DNA of 64,000 bases from the human T2T-CHM13v2.0 reference genome, Homo sapiens, in the NCBI RefSeq assembly GCF_009914755.1, contig NC_060930.1; one strand, written 5' to 3'. Under the pieces are notes generated by a model that did not search any database, was not told the DNA's origin, and saw only the letters and a program-made list of their open reading frames with translations. Shown here piece by piece: positions 55,732 through 64,000 of this stretch (position 1 is the first letter of the stretch; every line of letters starts with the position of its first letter). The position numbers were made by a program, and so were the translations under genes.

Positions 55732-57728
55732 CTATTAAAATCTACTACAAATATTTGTGAGTTACTGACTTCCACTATGAATACATGCACCATTTAACAA
55801 CAACAAAAATAACCATCTGGCATCAAAACAGTTCACAACCTGTATCCAGTTTTGAAAACATGTCTCACGTGTTATCTATATTATTGTTAAGTGGATGTTC
55901 AAATCAAGGATCTGCTGCATCGTGGTGATATTCCTCCTGGATCTGTTTCTGTCCTGACATCATTTTGCATTTCCTTCCCTCTGTGAGTTTTGAGGTATGT
56001 TTACTCTGTGATGTCTTGGATCTATCCTTAATTGCTGGTGACATGTCAAATAGCAGACATAAGTGAGAAGTCTTCAGTGACAGGAGCCCTTTATATTCCA
56101 TTATAAACTACCCGTTTATAATGGAAATCTAGCGAATAGAAACAGAAGCTGTAGTTGGCATTTTTAAAAAAAAGACAATAAAATTTCTGAATACCATAGG
56201 CTTGCCTTCTTTTCAAAAACCTAGGAAGGAGAAATCTCAGCACACGTGTCACTGAATAAGAACACAAGCCTCCATGAGCAGACTCTAAATGTCTGTTTCA
56301 CACAACAATTATGCACTGGCTTCAGGAGCCCAATATCTCATTTCAAAGACATTCCTGCAAAGCTGTTCATTATTGATCCCAGAAGAGGAAAGAGAAGACC
56401 GATACAAGGACCACTCTGATAAGCGGATTGGTATTTAGAAAAGACACCTGCTCTTTATACACAAAACCAAATGGCGTCAACAACCATGAAGAGGTCTTAA
56501 CCATGACATATAATTCTATAAATGCTATATTACTTAACGTAGTAATGGAGGAGGGACATTCAGGTTAATAGCAATTTACCATATCACCAATTTTTAATTA
56601 AATAAACTATTAAAAGGTACTCAAAACTACACTAGATGTTTTATTTTTAGGGTTTTTTTTGGGGGGGTGGACTTGTGATTCAAAAGTTACATTAGGCTCT
56701 TTTAGTGCTTATTATAGACATCATTATCATACACAGAAATATAAGAAAGTACCCATCACTAGGATCAGATAAACTTAATTACAGAAAATTAAATATCACT
56801 TACGGATAGTATTTCTCACCACAGGAAATCATTAGAAAAAGAAGTGGAATTAATTTAATATCTTTTTAAGCCCCTTAAAAGTGAGTCGCAGCCTTAATTG
56901 ATGGACTTATGGACACATATTCTCTACTCAAAGTATGAACCTCATTTAAAACTCATCTGAAAATTGACCACATGGCCTCTATTGCAGTAAGCGTTGCCCC
57001 GTTAGCTCACAGTGAAGTGCTTTGCAATTTAGATAACTCTAATTATTCAAAATATATGCTTACTATTAAAAGGCTTTCTTACAAGTCTTCCCTTTCTTCC
57101 TCCCTGTCTTCTAACATTTTTTGTAACTATATATAATTTTAAGAGGTTTAAAAAATAACTACTGGAAATTAGGTGACTAAATAAGGAAGAGAAGAAAACA
57201 GAAGGAAGGAAAATAAGAGGAATCATGTGGCTAAGTCAGTAAGAAGAAGGCAGGACACAGGTCTTGTGCACTTTCTACAGGGAGGCTGCAACTGGGTTCT
57301 GGGCTTCTGTGTTTCCAAAGCTAACGGGAAAATAGGATCAAATATTTGACTCATAGAGTACATTGTATAAATAACCATTTTCCAAAAAATGTGTAATTAT
57401 TTAGGAACTGCAGCCTGAGAAATGTCACTCATAAACATCATTCTAAAGCAACTAATATAACAAGTGTAAATTAAATGGGAGGAGGGAACAAAACTTATTG
57501 CTACAGCATCATGAATGGTACCAACTGTGACCCTAAGACTTAACAATGGCCTTTTCTCTTCCTCTTTATCTTCAGTTCCAGTAGAATGGACTGAACTCAA
57601 TAAATGCCACCAAGTGACTGATCAGTTGCCACAAGTCAAAATTCTACACTGAGCTCCAAGTCAAATATAATTAGTGATCAAGGGGTCAGACAAGCACACT
57701 TGGTTTTCATGCTTCCTAGAAAAGCGGT

Positions 57729-57741
57729 GTTGCTAAGCAGC
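57729..57741. promoter_or_regulatory. RFX X-box-like motif
   Basis: GTTGCTAAGCAGC, close to the palindromic GTTGCYANGCAAC, in a CpG-containing unique patch. Confidence 0.3.
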
Positions 57742-58291
57742 TAGCTCTTAAATCCCAGACATTATCAGAACACCAAAGCAGGAAATACTGGCGACTTTGT
57801 GAATTTGTGAGCGTTACTGGTCGATTTTGAAAAAATAAAGTGGCCTCCCAGTAACTGGCCATAGGTTATTAGAAGGGAAAGATCATATGGCTGTGCTTTT
57901 TTGGGGTTTTACATTCATGAAAATCTTTATATTTAGACTTGTCAGGGTATCTTTGAAGGAAGCCATCAATGTAGTCAGCATATTTGTGTATCTTTGTTAA
58001 AACATTAAATGTAGACACTTAAAATATACCACAATTTTTGTAACTTTCTTAGCTCTTTTTTACTTTTTACTATTCTATAAGCTTCAAAGATATACGTTGG
58101 ACTTCTCTCAACTATTGAGAGGCCTTAGATAAATGCTAAGATTTAAAATTACGCTACATGCTCTCCCCTAGCATCATGAGGCTTACAGCCACAGGTAATA
58201 ATCTAGTGATAACTAAACTGACTTAAACTGGAACGGGAATGTTCATATCAGTCTAGAGAACATTGAATTATGGACCTAGCAGTGATAGTGA

Positions 58292-58455
58292 TGTGATAGA
58301 CCCAAAGGCACCAAATGATTCATGTGGACCTCCTCAAACCTTACCAGAATTGATCTGTGTGACAAATAGCTGGCTGAAATAATGGTAAAACACTTCTGAG
58401 AATAGATTATAAAAAGACTGCAACTTCTACCTGGTTATCTCTCTCTCTCTCTTTC

Positions 58456-58489
<34 letters not shown>

Positions 58490-58718
58490 ACACACACACA
58501 CCATTCACCCCCACGGAAAGCAAGCTAACATATTGAGAGCAGCCTTATTGATAGTCCCACATTATAAGAAACTGCAGCCCTCTAATAGCCTGTAATGAAC
58601 TGAGGCCTGCCAACAACCACATGAAATAGTTCGGAAGCAGGTCTTTTGACCACAGCCAAGTCCTGGGATGACTGCAGCCTCATGAAATACACTGAATCAG
58701 AATACTCCAGCTAAGCTA
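58292..58718 (+). mobile_element. MLT1E/F-type MaLR LTR, 3' end cut by L1; contains (CT)n(CA)n at 58438-58501
   Basis: TTATAAAAAGACTGCAACTTC...GAACTGAGGCCTGCCAACAACCACATG...CCAGCTAAGC. Confidence 0.82.
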
Positions 58719-58719
58719 G

Positions 58720-61826
<3,107 letters not shown>

Positions 61827-64000
61827 GAAATAAAGACTTGCCCAGATAAACAAAAGCTGAGGGATTTCATCAACAACAGATCTGTCCCATAAGATATGCT
61901 AAAAGGATTTCTTCAATCTGAAAGAAAATGATGTTAATAAGAAATAAGAAATCATCTAAAGGTACAAACTCTATGGTAATAATAAGTACACAGACAAACA
62001 CAGAATATTATAACACCATCATTGTGGTGTGTTAACTGTTCATATCTTGAGTAAGAATAAAAGATGAACCTATCAAAAATAATAACTACAACAACTTTTC
62101 AAGACAGACAATATGAGATATGAATAGAAACAATAAAAGGTAAAAGCAGAGAGTATGAAGTTAAAAGTGTAGAGTTTTTATTAGTTTTCTCTTTGCTTGT
62201 TAATTTGTTTGTTTTTGAAATTGATGTTAAGTTTTCATCAGTGTAAAATAATAGGTTAGAAGATGTTATTTGAAAGCCCCATGGTAACTGCAAATTAAAA
62301 AACCTACAAGAGATACACAAAAAATAAAAAGCAAGAAATTAAAACATACTACTAGAGAAAATCACCTTGTCTAAAAGGAAGACAGAACAGAAGGAAAGAA
62401 GACCACAAAATAACAAGAAAACAAATTAAAAAATGGCAGTAGTAAGTTCCTACTTATCAATAATGACATTGAATGTAAATAGACTAAAATATCCAATCAA
62501 AAGACACAGAGTAGCTGAATGGATTAAAAAAATGACCAAGGATCTGCTGCCTACAAGAAATACACTTCACCTATAAAGACACACATAGACTGAAAATAAA
62601 GGGATGGAAAATATATTCCATGCAAACAGAAACCAAAACAAGAGCAAGAACAGCTATACTTACGTCTGACAAAATAGATTTCAAGGCAAAAACAATAAAA
62701 AGGGACAAAGAAAGTCATTATATAATATTAAAGTGGTCAATTCAGCAAGAGGACATTAATACTTGTAAATATACATGCACCCTACAGTGGAGCACCTAGA
62801 TATATAAAGCAAATATTATTAGAGGTAACAAGAAGTGATAGGCCCCAATACAATAACAGCAAGAGACATTAACACCCCATTTTCAGCATTGGACAGATCA
62901 TCCCAACAGAAAACGGATTAACCAACATTTTTAAAAGATCATTTATCATGACCAAATGCAATTTATCACAGGGATGCAAGGATAGTTCAACATATGCAAA
63001 TTAATCAACATGATAAATCATATCAACAGAATGAAGGACAAAACCCATATGATCATTTCAATTGGTGCTGAAAAGCATTTGATAAAATTCAGCATTCCTT
63101 CGTGATAAAAGCCCTCAAAAAAACTGGGAATAGAAGGAACATACTTTAACATAGTAAAAACTATATGTGACAGACCTACAGCTAGTATCATACTGAATGG
63201 GGTGTGGGGTGGAATGGGAAGCCTTTCCTCTAAGATCTGGAACAAAAAAAGGATGCCTACTTTCACAACTGTTATTTAACACAATACTGGAAATCCTAGC
63301 TAGAGCAACCAGACAAGAGAAAGATAAAGGGCATCCAAATTGGAAAGAAAGAAGTCAAACTATCCTTATTTGCAGATGATATGATCTTATATTTTGAAAA
63401 ACCTAGACTCCCCCAAAAAAACTATCAGAACTAATAAATTTACTAAAGCTGCAGGATACAAAATCAACATACAAAAATCAGTAGCATTTCTAAATGTGGA
63501 CGCAAACAGTCTGAAAGAGAAGTCAAGAAAGTAATCCTATTTACAATAGCTACAAATAAAATTAAATAGGAATTAACCAAAGAAGTTAAAGATCTCTGCG
63601 ATCAAAACTATAAAACATCGATGCAAGAAATTGAAGAGGACACACAAAAAATAGAAAAATATTCCATGTTCACGGATTGGAAGAATCAATACTGTTAAAA
63701 TGTCCATACTATCCAAAGCAATCTACAGATTCATTGCAATCCCTGTCAAAATATCAATGACATTCTTAAAAGAAATAGGAAACATCATCATAAAATTTAT
63801 ATGGAACCACAAAATACCCAGAATAGCAAAATTCATCCTGAGTGAAAAGAATAAAATTGGAGGAATCACATTACCTGACTTCAAATTATACTATAGAGCT
63901 ATAGTAAACAAAACAACATGGCACTAGCATAAAAACAGACACATAGACCAATGGAACAGAATCCAGAATCCAGAAATAAATCCATATATCTACCATGAAA
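61827..64000 (+). mobile_element. L1MA-type element (ORF1 end, inter-ORF, internally deleted ORF2); runs off the window
   Basis: CCAGATAAACAAAAGCTGAGGGATTTCATCAAC; ORF 63700-63927 ([17 protein letters not shown]...[10 protein letters not shown]) is an ORF2p remnant. Confidence 0.88.

Noticed and set aside
57545-57610. Plus-strand acceptor followed by AATAAA (possible terminal exon)
   Set aside because: Isolated, with no consistent + strand exon series; not supportable without RNA data

Overview
This is AT-rich human non-coding DNA. The species call rests on an AluYa5 at 14871-15170 that carries all five Ya5 diagnostic substitutions; Ya5 is a human-specific subfamily. I recognise no intact protein-coding gene, tRNA, rRNA, snRNA/snoRNA, CpG island or prokaryotic-type feature. 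The supplied ORFs are explained by Alu, L1, LTR or microsatellite sequence, or by chance. Well over half the window is interspersed repeat: 12 Alus, several large decayed L1s, HAL1, about 13 LTRs (MER31, MST, LTR18B, MLT1, THE1A/D, MER4-group, MLT2, LTR16C, LTR78-like), MIR/L2/L3 and small DNA transposons, often nested with readable target-site duplications (TSDs). The unique DNA holds a series of minus-strand acceptor/donor pairs, and most L1s and LTRs lie on the + strand. Together these suggest the window is inside a spliced minus-strand transcription unit, probably a lncRNA, which I cannot name. The best leads are a 200-nt candidate exon with a Kozak-context 50-codon smORF overlapping a FOX/SOX/AP-1/CRE motif cluster, a possible recursive splice site, an orphan retroposed polyadenylated segment inside an L1, a possibly polymorphic AluYa5, and a MER5A split by 5 kb of nested, partly inverted insertions. 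I cannot support a claim of a novel biological system. Subfamily names come from recalled consensus sequences and should be confirmed with RepeatMasker/Dfam.
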